Assembly: GCA_035285125.1 (NCBI GenBank)
Contig: JAYKHR010000011.1
Span: 1-64,000, forward strand
Length of the DNA stretch: 64,000 nucleotides
Direction: 5' to 3'
Origin: Candidatus Sericytochromatia bacterium
GTDB lineage: Bacteria > Cyanobacteriota > Sericytochromatia > S15B-MN24 > JAQBPE01
The position numbers were made by a program, and so were the translations under genes. Position 1 is the first letter of the stretch. Every line of letters starts with the position of its first letter. Below the pieces are notes generated by a model. It saw nothing but the letters and a program-made list of their open reading frames with translations, did no database searches and was not told the DNA's origin. Of this stretch, positions 44,542 to 54,422 are shown piece after piece.

Positions 44542-46082
44542 CCCAGCCTCGTTCCCGTCCCAGGCTCGGTGCCGCCCTCGGGGCCCTGCTGCTGCTCGCC
44601 GGCTGCCAGGTGCCGCAACCTCTGTCGCTGGCGGAGGCCCCTGCCGGCCTCCAAGCGCCGGCGGCGCCGCCGGCGTTGCCAGGCGGCGCCCCGGAGCCCG
44701 TGTGGCCGGTCGTCGCCCCGGACCCGGCTTCCCCCGCGAGGCCGGCGACCCGGGAGGCCCAGCCGGCGCACGCCCCTGACAGGCTCATTGTCGGGCTGCG
44801 CCCTGGCGTCAGCGCGGCCCGGTTTCTGGCCGAGGCCGGCGACGACGGCCTGACACTGCTGCGCGACGCGGACTGGGACGGCCGCCACGTCCTGACGTTG
44901 CGGGTCCGCGACCGGACTGTCCTCGGCGCCACGCGCGCCCGCCTCGCGGCGCTGTCGGCGGTCACCAGCGTGGACCTCGACGTGTACGCCCGACCCCACC
45001 TCGTGCCGACCGACCCGCTGTACCCGGAGCAGTGGGGCCACCACCCGGCCTTCGGCAACACGGAAGGCGCCTGGGACAAGCTCACGGGCGTGGATCAATC
45101 GAAGGTCATCGTGGCGGTGATCGACTCCGGCATCGACTTCGCCCACGAGGAGTTCCGTGTCACCACGCAAGGCGATCGCCTGATCGGGGGACGCAACGTG
45201 ACGCCGAAGCCCGACGGGCTCTCCGGCACGGCCGAGCAGTGGGCGGGCGTGCTGGCCGACGAGCTCGGCCACGGCACCTTGACGGCCGGCATCATCGGGG
45301 CGATCGGCAACAACGGCAAGGGCACGGCCGGCGTGGCGTGGACCTGCCGGATCATGCCCATCAAGGCAGACAGCTACGACGATCAGGGGCGCACCACCTT
45401 CCTGCTCAGCGACGTCATCGAGGCGATGCGCTACGCCGCCACCTACGAAGACGCTGGTGGGGCACGCGTGCGCGTGATCAATATGAGCCTGGGGGCGAAC
45501 ACGGGGCGGGTGATCCCGATCTACAACGACGCCGTGTCCTTTGCGCGGTCCAAGGGGATCCTCGTGGTGGCGTCGACGGGCAACCAGGGAGCCCCCTACG
45601 TCGCGCCGCCCGCGAACACCCCCGGCGTCCTCGCCGTCGGGGCCACGGGCACCTACATGGGCACCGAGTTCGTGGCCCATTACTCCAACTATGGCCCCCG
45701 CCTCGACCTCGTGGCGCCCGGCAGCTCCACCCGGGCGCCGATCCCGAACGGCCCCTCCCAGGTCGGCAGCGTGGGGCAGACCCCTCAGACCGGCTACGCC
45801 GTCGTCTCGGGCACCTCCGAGGCCGCCCCGTACGTCGCGGGCGTCGCGGCCCTCGTGTTCGCGAAGTACGACCAGGGCAATGCCTCCGTCGCCTCGTCGA
45901 ACGACGCCTCCGCCATGGTGGACAAGGTGCGCCTGCACCTGATGGCCTCGACGGACGATTTCGGCACGCCGGGTTGGGACCCCTCCTGGGGTTATGGCCG
46001 CCTCAACGCCGACAAGGCGCTGACGCCCCAGGCCCTGCAGGGCCTGTCGCCGACGGAGGCCCGCAAGCCGGTGCTGGAGTGA
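44538..46082 (+). CDS. S8 subtilisin-like serine protease, lipoprotein
   Basis: LAGC lipobox and prodomain; VAVIDSG, GHGT, INMSLG, STGN, SGTSEAAPYVAG. Confidence 0.92.
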   Translation: MTQPRSRPRLGAALGALLLLAGCQVPQPLSLAEAPAGLQAPAAPPALPGGAPEPVWPVVAPDPASPARPATREAQPAHAPDRLIVGLRPGVSAARFLAEAGDDGLTLLRDADWDGRHVLTLRVRDRTVLGATRARLAALSAVTSVDLDVYARPHLVPTDPLYPEQWGHHPAFGNTEGAWDKLTGVDQSKVIVAVIDSGIDFAHEEFRVTTQGDRLIGGRNVTPKPDGLSGTAEQWAGVLADELGHGTLTAGIIGAIGNNGKGTAGVAWTCRIMPIKADSYDDQGRTTFLLSDVIEAMRYAATYEDAGGARVRVINMSLGANTGRVIPIYNDAVSFARSKGILVVASTGNQGAPYVAPPANTPGVLAVGATGTYMGTEFVAHYSNYGPRLDLVAPGSSTRAPIPNGPSQVGSVGQTPQTGYAVVSGTSEAAPYVAGVAALVFAKYDQGNASVASSNDASAMVDKVRLHLMASTDDFGTPGWDPSWGYGRLNADKALTPQALQGLSPTEARKPVLE

Positions 46083-46101
46083 CAGGGCGCCCCTGGCCGT
46101 G

Positions 46102-46110
46102 TGGTATATT
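46102..46110 (+). promoter_or_regulatory. extended -10 for the tRNA gene
   Basis: TGGTATATT about 40 nt upstream of the tRNA. Confidence 0.45.
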
Positions 46111-46150
46111 GTCGCCGTGCCAGCCCGCGCCTGCGCGGCGCCCGGCACGT

Positions 46151-46237
46151 GGGCGTTTGGCAGAGTGGTCGATTGCGTTCGTCTTGAAAACGAATGAGGT
46201 CTGAAAGCCTCCGAGGGTTCGAATCCCTCAGCGCCCG
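46151..46237 (+). tRNA. tRNA-Ser (anticodon TGA)
   Basis: Acceptor stem GGGCGTT/AGCGCCC, anticodon arm TTCGT-CTTGAAA-ACGAA, long variable arm, GAGGGTTCGAATCCCTC T-arm, G discriminator. CCA is not encoded. Confidence 0.95.
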
Positions 46238-46299
46238 CTGCTCCTCCCCCGGCCGTCGCCTGGCCTTCCGCCATCGGCGACGCCGGGCGCAGGCAGGGG

Positions 46300-47256
46300 T
46301 CAGGCCGCCTGTACCTGAGGGCCCAGCGGCAGCCGCAGCAGCCGCTCGATGTTCGCGTTGGCCTCGCCCTGGAACGCCCTGACGCCCGCGAGCACGCGCC
46401 AGGCCTCGAGCGCCGTGCTGAAGAGCCCATAGGCCTCGGCCGCGCCGGCCCAGGCGATGTGGAACTCCCCGGGCGTCTCCTCGAGCCTGGCGGCCTGCGA
46501 GAGCGCGGACAGGGCGTCGTCGTCCCGGCCGAGGGCCAGCAGTCCCTGCGTGAGCTTCCAGTAGTCCTCGGCCGTGCCGGGCGCCAGCGCCACGGCCAGC
46601 TCCAGCTCGGTCACCAGCTGGCGCTGGTCGCCCAGGCGCTCGGCGGCCAGGGCGAGCAGGCGGTGGATCTGGGCGCACCCCGGCGCGATGCGGAGCACCA
46701 GGTGCAGCTGGGTCACGGCGCGCTTGGCGTCGCCGAGGTCGAGGCACAGCTCGGCCAGGAGCAGGCGCGCCTCGACGTTGGTGCGATCGTGGTAGACGGC
46801 CTGGTTGAGCGCCTTGACGGCCTCTTGAGGCTGCTCGTGCCGCAGCAGGGCCCCGATGGCCCGGTGGGCCCGGGCGCACCGTCCGTCGACGGCAAGGGCC
46901 GCCCGGTAGCTGGCGAGAGCCTCTGCCTGCTGCCCGAGCGCCGCCTGGGCTGCCCCGAGGGCGAGCAGCAGCCCGAGGTCGCGCGGCGTGCGCCGCAGGG
47001 CGCGCTGCAGCCAGCCGAGGGCCTCCTCGGGCCTGCCGCCGCGGTCCGCCAGGGTGGCGAGGCCCATCAGCACCTCGGGGTCCTGGGGGTGCTGGTCCAG
47101 CGCGCGGCGCAGCAGCGGCTCCGCAGCGGCCAGGTCGCCGGCGACGAGCGCGGCCAGGCCCTCCTCGCGGGGGCGCTCCGGCTGGGCAGGCTTGCCGCCA
47201 CGCCTCAGGATCTCCAGATACTGCTGCATCATCGGGGGCACCTGGCTCTCGGTCAC
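46300..47256 (-). CDS. tetratricopeptide repeat protein
   Basis: Repeated TPR helices (A...L.RAL...P...). Confidence 0.85.
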   Translation of the reverse strand: MTESQVPPMMQQYLEILRRGGKPAQPERPREEGLAALVAGDLAAAEPLLRRALDQHPQDPEVLMGLATLADRGGRPEEALGWLQRALRRTPRDLGLLLALGAAQAALGQQAEALASYRAALAVDGRCARAHRAIGALLRHEQPQEAVKALNQAVYHDRTNVEARLLLAELCLDLGDAKRAVTQLHLVLRIAPGCAQIHRLLALAAERLGDQRQLVTELELAVALAPGTAEDYWKLTQGLLALGRDDDALSALSQAARLEETPGEFHIAWAGAAEAYGLFSTALEAWRVLAGVRAFQGEANANIERLLRLPLGPQVQAA

Positions 47257-47441
47257 CCCAGTTATGGCTGGACCGCGCTCGCTGCTGACGTCAAGGTTGC
47301 GTTATGAACGTTAAGGCCCGGTGGGTGGTGCCCGGCGCCGGAGGTCGGGGGGCCTGCCCCTCGCGAGGGTGCGTCCCGCCACCTCGGTCCGGGGCGCGGG
47401 TCTGCTATCATCGGCTGAGCCCCCCTGAGCCTTTGCCTGCG

Positions 47442-47840
47442 ATGCCCCACCACCCTGCCCTCGACGCCTTCCGCGCCCACCTTCAGGCCCATGCGGGCCG
47501 CCTGGCTGCCTCCGAGGTGCCTCTGGCCCTCGCGGCGTTGCACGAGTACCTCGACCAGGGAGCGGCCCTCGATCGGGCACTGCGGGCTGACGTCGCGACG
47601 TTCCGGCCTGCTGACGAAACGGGGCGGCTGCTCTGCTGGCTGTACGTGGTGACGATCGACGCTGCCACGCACACGGGGCGCGAAGGTGCCCTCGCGGCCC
47701 ACGCCGCCACGGCCGGGCCCCTCGCCGCGGAGGCCGGGGAGCTTCACCGGCGCCTCACCTCGGCCGAGTTCCTGGCGGCCCGGGGCCAGCGCCCCGTGGT
47801 CGCGAACCGGCCCGACGGGCGCGGGTGCGGGGCGACTTGA
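47442..47840 (+). CDS. hypothetical protein
   Basis: ORF downstream of an extended -10 (TGCTATCAT, about 47403). No recognisable motif. Confidence 0.45.
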   Translation: MPHHPALDAFRAHLQAHAGRLAASEVPLALAALHEYLDQGAALDRALRADVATFRPADETGRLLCWLYVVTIDAATHTGREGALAAHAATAGPLAAEAGELHRRLTSAEFLAARGQRPVVANRPDGRGCGAT

Positions 47841-47878
47841 CGCAGCGCCCGTCGGGCGAAGACCACGAGGGCCGGGCC

Positions 47879-49054
47879 ATGCAAACGGGGGCGTCGGAAG
47901 CCAGGATCAGCGACCTGCAGGTGCTGAGGGCGGTCGCGGTGCTGGCCGTCGCGGTGACGCACCTGCGGGGGTTCCTGCTGCCCGGGGACCTGCCATTTTT
48001 CGGGCGCCTCCACGCCTACTTCAGCGGCTCGCCGGGCGTCGACCTGTTCATGGTGATCTCGGGCTTCATCATCGCGCGCCGGCTGATCCCCGAGATCATC
48101 GGCGCGCAGCCTGGCGCCTTCTGGCCCGTCGTGGCCCACTTCTGGGCGCGGCGGGCGGTGAGGCTGCTGCCCGCCGCGTGGTGCTGGCTGGCCCTGACGC
48201 TGGCCCTGGCGATCGGGTTCAACGCCTCCGGGGCGTTCGGGGCCTTCTCCGCCAACCTTTCCTGGGCCGTCAAGGCCGTGCTGCTGGCCGCCAACTTTCA
48301 GTACGTGGGGGTGCCGGATCCGTCGGCCCTCGGGGCCCTGTCGCACTACTGGTCCTTGTCCCTCGAGGAGCAGTTCTACCTGGCCCTGCCCTTCGTCTTG
48401 CTGGCGGCCGCAGCGCGACCCGCCACGGTGCTGGTCGGGTTGGTGCTCTTGCAGTGCCTGCCGCTGCCCGGCCTCGAGCTGTACTGGGTGCCCTTCCGCT
48501 TCACGCCGCTGCTGCTCGGCGTGCTGCTCGGGCTCGGGCAGGTGCGTGGGGGGCTGGCCCATCTCGCCCCCACCTTCCTCGCGGCGCGGCGCGGCTGGGG
48601 CTTCCTCGCGCTGCTGCTGGGCAGCGGCTGTCTCGTCACGCTGCTGGGGTCCTCGTTGCAGTTCGTGAGCGCGCGGGAAGCCAACTTCCTGGCGGCCTGG
48701 TGCTCCCTGCTGCTGGTCTGGCTGGCCTCCTACGACCTCAAGCTCTTCAGCGTCCAGCCGTGGGTCGACCGGCTGCTGGTGGGGCTGGGCGATCGCTCCT
48801 ACGCCCTGTACCTGTGCCACATGCCGACCTATTGCCTGTGCCGGGAGCTGCTGCACCGCTTCGGGGGCGACCTCGCGCCCCGCTCCGAGGCGCACGTGGC
48901 CACCGCCCTCGTGCTGGCAGTCGCGCTCCTCGCCGCCTTCACGGAGCTCACGCACCGCCTGATCGAGCGGCGCTGGCAGCGGGCGTGGGCGCCTGGCCTT
49001 GCCGAGCTTGGCGCCCGCAAGCAGGCTGCCCTGAGGCCTTCTGCGGGGGGCTGA
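47879..49054 (+). CDS. acyltransferase family 3 (OafA-like O-acyltransferase)
   Basis: LQVLRAVAV, GVDLFMVISGF, RRAVRLLP, HYWSLSLEEQFY, GDRSYALYLCH. Confidence 0.92.
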   Translation: MQTGASEARISDLQVLRAVAVLAVAVTHLRGFLLPGDLPFFGRLHAYFSGSPGVDLFMVISGFIIARRLIPEIIGAQPGAFWPVVAHFWARRAVRLLPAAWCWLALTLALAIGFNASGAFGAFSANLSWAVKAVLLAANFQYVGVPDPSALGALSHYWSLSLEEQFYLALPFVLLAAAARPATVLVGLVLLQCLPLPGLELYWVPFRFTPLLLGVLLGLGQVRGGLAHLAPTFLAARRGWGFLALLLGSGCLVTLLGSSLQFVSAREANFLAAWCSLLLVWLASYDLKLFSVQPWVDRLLVGLGDRSYALYLCHMPTYCLCRELLHRFGGDLAPRSEAHVATALVLAVALLAAFTELTHRLIERRWQRAWAPGLAELGARKQAALRPSAGG

Positions 49055-49074
49055 GGGGGCGGCGTCCGCCGGCC

Positions 49075-49365
49075 TCACACCGTCAGGAACTCCGTCGAGA
49101 CGTCCGCCACGTGGGCCTCGAACTGGTGGTGCTCCAGCCAGTCGAGGGCCTTGGAGAGCACCCGGTTGGCTTGCTGCTGGTCGTTGGCACACAGCACCAG
49201 GCCGAGCGTCGCGGCCTCGGGGTCGTCGAGTGCGTCCACCTCGGCGGCCATGACCGAGAACTGGTTCATCAGCTTCTGCACGATGGGGCGGACGATCGCC
49301 CGCTTGTCTTTCAGCGAGCCGATGTCCGTGAGCTCGAGTTCCACCGTCGCGACGCCCACGATCAT
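49075..49365 (-). CDS. DUF503 family protein
   Basis: MIVG...SLKDKR...[11 protein letters not shown]. Confidence 0.88.
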   Translation of the reverse strand: MIVGVATVELELTDIGSLKDKRAIVRPIVQKLMNQFSVMAAEVDALDDPEAATLGLVLCANDQQQANRVLSKALDWLEHHQFEAHVADVSTEFLTV

Positions 49366-49466
49366 GGCCACCTCCCTCGTCTGGCGCCATGGTAGGTCAG
49401 CCGGCGCGGGCCGACAACAAGGGCCGGGGGGTTCCAAAGCGGTCGGGGGCGTGCCATCATGGGGCC

Positions 49467-50708
49467 ATGACGACCACCGACGCTCGCCACTCCCTGCCCC
49501 GCACCGAGGCGCTGATCGCCCTCGAAGACCGCTACGGCGCCCACAACTACCACCCGCTCGGCATCGTGATCGCCGAGGCGCAGGGGGCGTGGGTGACGGA
49601 CGTCGAGGGGCGCCGGTTCCTGGACGGCCTGTCGGCCTACTCGGCCGTCAACCAGGGCCATGCGCACCCGCATATCATCGACGCGCTCGTGCGGCAGGCG
49701 CAGCGGGTCACGCTGACGTCGCGGGCCTTCCACAACGACCAGCTCGGGCGCTTCTACGAGAAGCTCGCGGGGCTGACGGGCCTGCCCAAGGTGCTACCCA
49801 TGAACTCGGGCGCCGAGGCCGTCGAGACGGCCCTCAAGGCAGCCCGCAAGTGGGCCTACCAGGTGAAGGGCGTGCCCGAGGGGCAGGCCGAGATCATCAC
49901 CTCGACCGGCAACTTCCACGGGCGCACCATCTCCATCGTGAGCTTCTCGACCGAGCCCCAGTACCGGCAAGGCTTTGGGCCCTTCACCCCGGGCTTCAAG
50001 ACCGTGCCTTACGGCGACGTCGAGGCGCTGCGGGCCGCCATCGGGCCCAACACGGCGGCGGTGTCGCTCGAGCCCATCCAGGGCGAGGCGGGCATCATCG
50101 TGCCGCCCGACGGCTACCTGCGCGAGGTGGCCGCCCTTTGCAAGGAGCACAACGTGCTGCTGATGCTCGACGAGATCCAGACCGGCCTCGGCCGCACGGG
50201 CAAGCTCTTCGCCTTTCAGCACGAGGACGTGATGCCGGACGTGCTGGTGCTGGGCAAGGCGCTGTCCGGCGGTTGCTACCCCGTCTCGGCGATGTGCGCC
50301 CGCGAGGACGTGATGGCCGTCTTCAACCCGGGCGACCACGGCTCGACCTTCGGCGGCAACCCGCTGGGATGCGCGGTGGCGATCGCGGCGCTCGAGGTCG
50401 TGGAGCGCGAGCAGCTTCCGGAACGGGCCGCCAGGCTCGGTGCGATGGCGTTCGCGCGGCTGCGGGCGATGGACAGCCGGCACGTCGTGGAGGTCCGCGG
50501 CAAGGGCCTGATGATCGGCATCGAGCTCAACACGGCCGCTCGGCCGTTCTGCGAGGCCCTGTGGGCCCGGGGGCTGCTGTGCAAGGAGACGCACCACAAG
50601 GTCATCCGCTTTGCGCCGCCGCTGGTGATCAGCGAGGAAGACCTGATGTGGGCCATCGACCAGCTCGTCGACACGCTGGCCGGCCCTGATGAGGCCGATG
50701 CCCCCTGA
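49467..50708 (+). CDS. rocD: ornithine--oxo-acid aminotransferase
   Basis: [71 protein letters not shown]. Confidence 0.95.
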   Translation: MTTTDARHSLPRTEALIALEDRYGAHNYHPLGIVIAEAQGAWVTDVEGRRFLDGLSAYSAVNQGHAHPHIIDALVRQAQRVTLTSRAFHNDQLGRFYEKLAGLTGLPKVLPMNSGAEAVETALKAARKWAYQVKGVPEGQAEIITSTGNFHGRTISIVSFSTEPQYRQGFGPFTPGFKTVPYGDVEALRAAIGPNTAAVSLEPIQGEAGIIVPPDGYLREVAALCKEHNVLLMLDEIQTGLGRTGKLFAFQHEDVMPDVLVLGKALSGGCYPVSAMCAREDVMAVFNPGDHGSTFGGNPLGCAVAIAALEVVEREQLPERAARLGAMAFARLRAMDSRHVVEVRGKGLMIGIELNTAARPFCEALWARGLLCKETHHKVIRFAPPLVISEEDLMWAIDQLVDTLAGPDEADAP

Positions 50709-51903
50709 GGCCGGGCTGGCAGCGGTCGGGGCCGGGACCTGGCTGCTCGAGCCGGGGCTCGACTTCCTGAATCACGGCTCCTTCGGGGCCTGTCCACGGG
50801 CCGTGCTCGCCGCCCAGCAGGCCTGGCGCGAGCGCATGGAGGCGCAGCCCGTGCGCTTCCTGGCGCGCGACCTCGAGGGGCTCCTCGACGAGGCGCGGGA
50901 GGTGCTGGCGGCCTTCATCGGCGCCGATTCGGGCGGGCTCGCCTTCGTGCCCAACGCCACCACGGGCGTCGCCACGGTGCTCGCGGGCCTGGAGCTGGGG
51001 CCAGGCGACGAGCTGCTCACGACCAGCCACGCCTACCCCGCCGTGCGCAAGGCCCTGCGGCGCACCGCGGAGCGGACGGGGGCCTGCGTGGTGGAGGCCG
51101 CCGTGCCGTTTCCCCTGGCGGGGCCCGACGACGTGCTCGGGCCGGTGCTGGCCGCTGCGGGCCCGCGCACCCGGCTGGCCGTGCTCGACCACATCACGAG
51201 CCCCACGGCCGTGCTCTTGCCCATCGAGGCGCTGGTGCAGGCGCTGGCCGCCCGGGGCATCGACACGCTCGTGGACGGGGCGCACGCCCCTGGCCAGGTG
51301 CCCCTGGACCTGCGGGCCCTCGGCGCCGCTTACTACACCGGCAACTGCCACAAGTGGCTGGGCGCCCCCAAGGGCGCGGCCTTCCTGCACGTCCGCGAGG
51401 ATCTGCGGGCGCGGGTGGCCCCCCTCGTCACCAGCCACGGCTTCTACAACCCGCGCGCCGATCGCGACGCCTACTGGCTGACCTTCGACTGGGTCGGGAC
51501 GGGGGACCCCACGGCCGTGCTGGCCATCCCGACGGCGATCGCGACGCTGGGGGGGCTCGTGACGGGGGGCTGGTCGGCCCTGATGGCGCGCAACAGGGCC
51601 CTGGCCCTCGAGGCCCAAGGGGAGCTCGCAGCTGCCCTCGGCGTCGACCGCCCGGTGCCCGCCTCGATGCTGCCGGCGATGGCCGCGCTGCCCCTGCCTG
51701 CCTCGCAGGAGGCCCCACCTCCCGGTCCCCCGGTGCCCTCGGGCCTGCAGGCCCGCCTGCTCGACGCGGGCTTCGAACTTCCGCTCTTCCCGCACCCGAT
51801 GGCCAGCGCGCGGCTGATGCGCGTGTCGGCCTTCGCCTACAACCATCCGGCGCAGTACGCGCGCCTGGCGGCCTGGCTGGCCGCCGAGGTGGGCCGCGTC
51901 TGA
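50689..51903 (+). CDS. class V PLP-dependent enzyme (isopenicillin N epimerase / cysteine lyase-like)
   Basis: [35 protein letters not shown]. Confidence 0.88.
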   Translation: MRPMPPEAGLAAVGAGTWLLEPGLDFLNHGSFGACPRAVLAAQQAWRERMEAQPVRFLARDLEGLLDEAREVLAAFIGADSGGLAFVPNATTGVATVLAGLELGPGDELLTTSHAYPAVRKALRRTAERTGACVVEAAVPFPLAGPDDVLGPVLAAAGPRTRLAVLDHITSPTAVLLPIEALVQALAARGIDTLVDGAHAPGQVPLDLRALGAAYYTGNCHKWLGAPKGAAFLHVREDLRARVAPLVTSHGFYNPRADRDAYWLTFDWVGTGDPTAVLAIPTAIATLGGLVTGGWSALMARNRALALEAQGELAAALGVDRPVPASMLPAMAALPLPASQEAPPPGPPVPSGLQARLLDAGFELPLFPHPMASARLMRVSAFAYNHPAQYARLAAWLAAEVGRV

Positions 51904-52043
51904 CGGCGGTGTTCCCCCGTCAAAGGTAAAGAGGTGGTTGTTTACCTGTTAAAGGCCGAAAGGCCTGGCGCTGGTCGCCGGATAGGGTCCTCAGCAGGTG
52001 CTAGCCGGCCCCCTCCCGGGGCCCGCGGAGAAAGGAGCCTCCC

Positions 52044-52601
52044 GTGACGCAAACCGCCGCCTTTCGGGCTGATCTGCTCTCCGTCTCGTCGCCGCAGCGT
52101 CTCTCTCAGGCCGTGGCGCAGCCGGGTGGCGCGGCCGGCCAGCCTGTCGGGTTTGCTGCCGACTCCCTGAGCCTGACGTCGCTCGACCCCATCGGGGGCA
52201 GCGGCGCCATCGGCCCCCGGGAGCGAGAGGCCCTGATCCGGGCCGTCGCCGCCGAGGCTCGCGGCGAGAGCTTCGAGGTGCAGGTGGCCGTGGCGCAGAC
52301 CATCATCAACTACAGCCGTCGCCAGGGCTACCCGATCCCGAGCCTGGTGCGCTCCAGCTACCTGAGCTCCAACTACGACCACAACCGGGTGTACTTCACG
52401 ATGCACCTCGGCAGCATCGAGAACCTGGACCGCACCGCGGCGGCCGTGGATGCGGCCATCCGGGGCGAGGCCGCCGTGGGGCGCCAGCTGATCTTCTTCC
52501 GTGACTCCAGCGGTTACCTGCCACCCTACGCGGACCACAACACCAAGGTCCGCATGGGACGGATGACGTTCTTCCGTGAGGTGCCGGGCGTTCAGATTTA
52601 G
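52044..52601 (+). CDS. SleB/CwlJ-like cell wall hydrolase (Hydrolase_2)
   Basis: LIRAVAAEARGESFEVQVAVAQTIIN and a C-terminal RMGRMTFF; AAGGAG RBS. Confidence 0.75.
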   Translation: MTQTAAFRADLLSVSSPQRLSQAVAQPGGAAGQPVGFAADSLSLTSLDPIGGSGAIGPREREALIRAVAAEARGESFEVQVAVAQTIINYSRRQGYPIPSLVRSSYLSSNYDHNRVYFTMHLGSIENLDRTAAAVDAAIRGEAAVGRQLIFFRDSSGYLPPYADHNTKVRMGRMTFFREVPGVQI

Positions 52602-52653
52602 CCGGCGCCGCGCGGCGTCCTCGCCGCCAGCCTGGCCGGGCCGCCCGGCGCCC

Positions 52654-53496
52654 TCAGCGGCGCCCTTGCCCCCGCGCCGGCTGGCACCGGGGGCACAGGT
52701 GGGTGCCGCGCTGGCTGACGACGATCCGGCTGATCGGCGTGCCGCATCGCGGGCACGGCGCGTTCGTCCGGCCGTAGGCCTGGAAGTGGGTCTGGTTCCC
52801 GCCGATCTCGCCCGTGCCCGTGCGGTAGTCGCGCAGCGTGCTGCCCCGCCGCGCGATGGAGGCCTCCAGCACGGCCCGGATGGCCTCGTGCAGGCGCGCC
52901 GCCTCGGGGGCCGTCAGCGAGCAGGCCGGGCGCTCGGGGTGCACCCTGGCGCGCCACAGGGCCTCGTCGACATAGATGTTGCCGAGGCCAGCGATGAAGG
53001 CCTGGTCGAGCAGCAGGGGCTTGAGCCGGGTGGCGCGCTCGCCCAGGGCCCGCGCCAGCCAGGCTCGCGTGAAGCCGGCCTCGAGGGGCTCGGGGCCGAA
53101 GCTCGCGTCCAGGGCCGCCAGGCCCGCGGCGTCCAGCAGCCGCACGCGCCCGAACTTGCGGACGTCGCGCAGCACCAGCGCCCGTCCGTCCGCCAGGCGG
53201 AGCACGAGGCGCACGTGCGGGTCCCAGGGGGCGTCGGCGCTGGCGACGTAGATGCTGCCGGACATTCGCAGGTGCACGGCGAGCGTCAGGTCCCCCGCGA
53301 GCCCCACCAGCAGCCACTTGGCGCGGCGGCCGACGTGCGTGATCCGGCGACCCGCCAGCGCGGCGACAAAGGCCTCGGGGCTGGGCGTCTCGATCAGCCG
53401 CGGCCAGTCGAGGTGGACGACGGCCGCGATGGTGGCACCGGCCACCTGGCTGGCCAGATCTCTGGCCGCCGTCTCGACTTCAGGAAGCTCGGGCAT
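52654..53496 (-). CDS. mutM: formamidopyrimidine-DNA glycosylase
   Basis: MPELPEVE, RRAKW, HLRMSG, DVRKFG, GLGNIYVDE, CPRC...CPRCQ zinc finger. Confidence 0.96.
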   Translation of the reverse strand: MPELPEVETAARDLASQVAGATIAAVVHLDWPRLIETPSPEAFVAALAGRRITHVGRRAKWLLVGLAGDLTLAVHLRMSGSIYVASADAPWDPHVRLVLRLADGRALVLRDVRKFGRVRLLDAAGLAALDASFGPEPLEAGFTRAWLARALGERATRLKPLLLDQAFIAGLGNIYVDEALWRARVHPERPACSLTAPEAARLHEAIRAVLEASIARRGSTLRDYRTGTGEIGGNQTHFQAYGRTNAPCPRCGTPISRIVVSQRGTHLCPRCQPARGQGRR

Positions 53497-53543
53497 GACA
53501 GGGATTCTGGATTCGATTTACCATTTCTTAACCAGACCTTAGG

Positions 53544-53570
53544 TAAGTTTTCAAGTTCTCTCCCCGATAA
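53544..53570 (+). promoter_or_regulatory. sigma28/FliA-like promoter
   Basis: TAAG-N15-CCCGATAA versus the consensus TAAA-N15-GCCGATAA. Confidence 0.55.
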
Positions 53571-53599
53571 TGACGACACGCCCAAGCCCGGAGACCGCC

Positions 53600-54415
53600 A
53601 TGCCTCGCTCCCCCCTGCGCCGCTCCATCTCGCTCGCTGCCGCCGCCTTGCTGGCTGGCGCCGTGATGCTGTCCGGCTGTGGGCGTCAGGCCGTGAACCC
53701 CCTCGCGCCCGAGGACCCGCCGCCGGGGGCTGAGGAGCCGGGCCTCGAACCGGAGGAACCTGGCCCCGGAGAGCCATCATACCCGATGCCGCCGGGCAAC
53801 CCGAGTGGGGGCGCCGGCCCCGCGCCGCGCCCGGTCTCGCCGGTGGCACCTGGCAGACCCCCAGCGGTCCGCCCCGCGCTGCGTCCGCTGCCGAAGCCCA
53901 CGGCCACGCCGCTCGTCAAGCGCCCGGCAGCGGCCCCCGCGCCGGACCCTGCGGCGGACATGGCGGCCTTCATCGACCTGCTCGGCCAGTTCGGCTACGA
54001 CCCCGGCGCGCGCGACGCCCAGAACATCCGGATGCAGCTGGCCGTCGTGCACCGCGTGCCGCAGCAGCGGCTTCGGTGGGTGAGCAGCCCGACGCTCGGC
54101 CTGACTTACGGCCAGCGTGTGAAGGACTTCCCCAAGCCGCTCACGTACGATCAGTGGAAGGCCGAGGGGTTGGAGCTCGCCCGCCGCGCCAACGGCATCG
54201 CGTACTACGTCGGCCGGCGCGCCCTGTATCGCGACATCCTGCGCGATCGCTACAACGACACGGGCACTGATGCGGAGCTCGTGTTCTACAAGCGCCTCGA
54301 GGGCACGCCCCTGTTCGTCTCGTACCGCGCGGATGGCCAGCTCGACGACTACGGCTTTTTCCGCGTGGTGGACTGGCGCAACTTCCTGCCCGTGCCGGGC
54401 TCCATCTGGCAGTAG
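53600..54415 (+). CDS. Pro-rich lipoprotein of unknown function; paralogue of 56452-57291
   Basis: LSGC lipobox, Pro-rich linker, and a C-terminal domain that aligns with 56452-57291. Confidence 0.75.
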   Translation: MPRSPLRRSISLAAAALLAGAVMLSGCGRQAVNPLAPEDPPPGAEEPGLEPEEPGPGEPSYPMPPGNPSGGAGPAPRPVSPVAPGRPPAVRPALRPLPKPTATPLVKRPAAAPAPDPAADMAAFIDLLGQFGYDPGARDAQNIRMQLAVVHRVPQQRLRWVSSPTLGLTYGQRVKDFPKPLTYDQWKAEGLELARRANGIAYYVGRRALYRDILRDRYNDTGTDAELVFYKRLEGTPLFVSYRADGQLDDYGFFRVVDWRNFLPVPGSIWQ

Positions 54416-54422
54416 GTCTGTC

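Noticed and set aside
46151..46300. tRNA-Ser as an integration site for an island or prophage
   Set aside because: No integrase nearby, and I saw no duplicated tRNA 3' end in the window.
50689..51903. Beta-lactam or ergothioneine pathway from the class V PLP enzyme
   Set aside because: No partner genes in the window, and the family is functionally broad.
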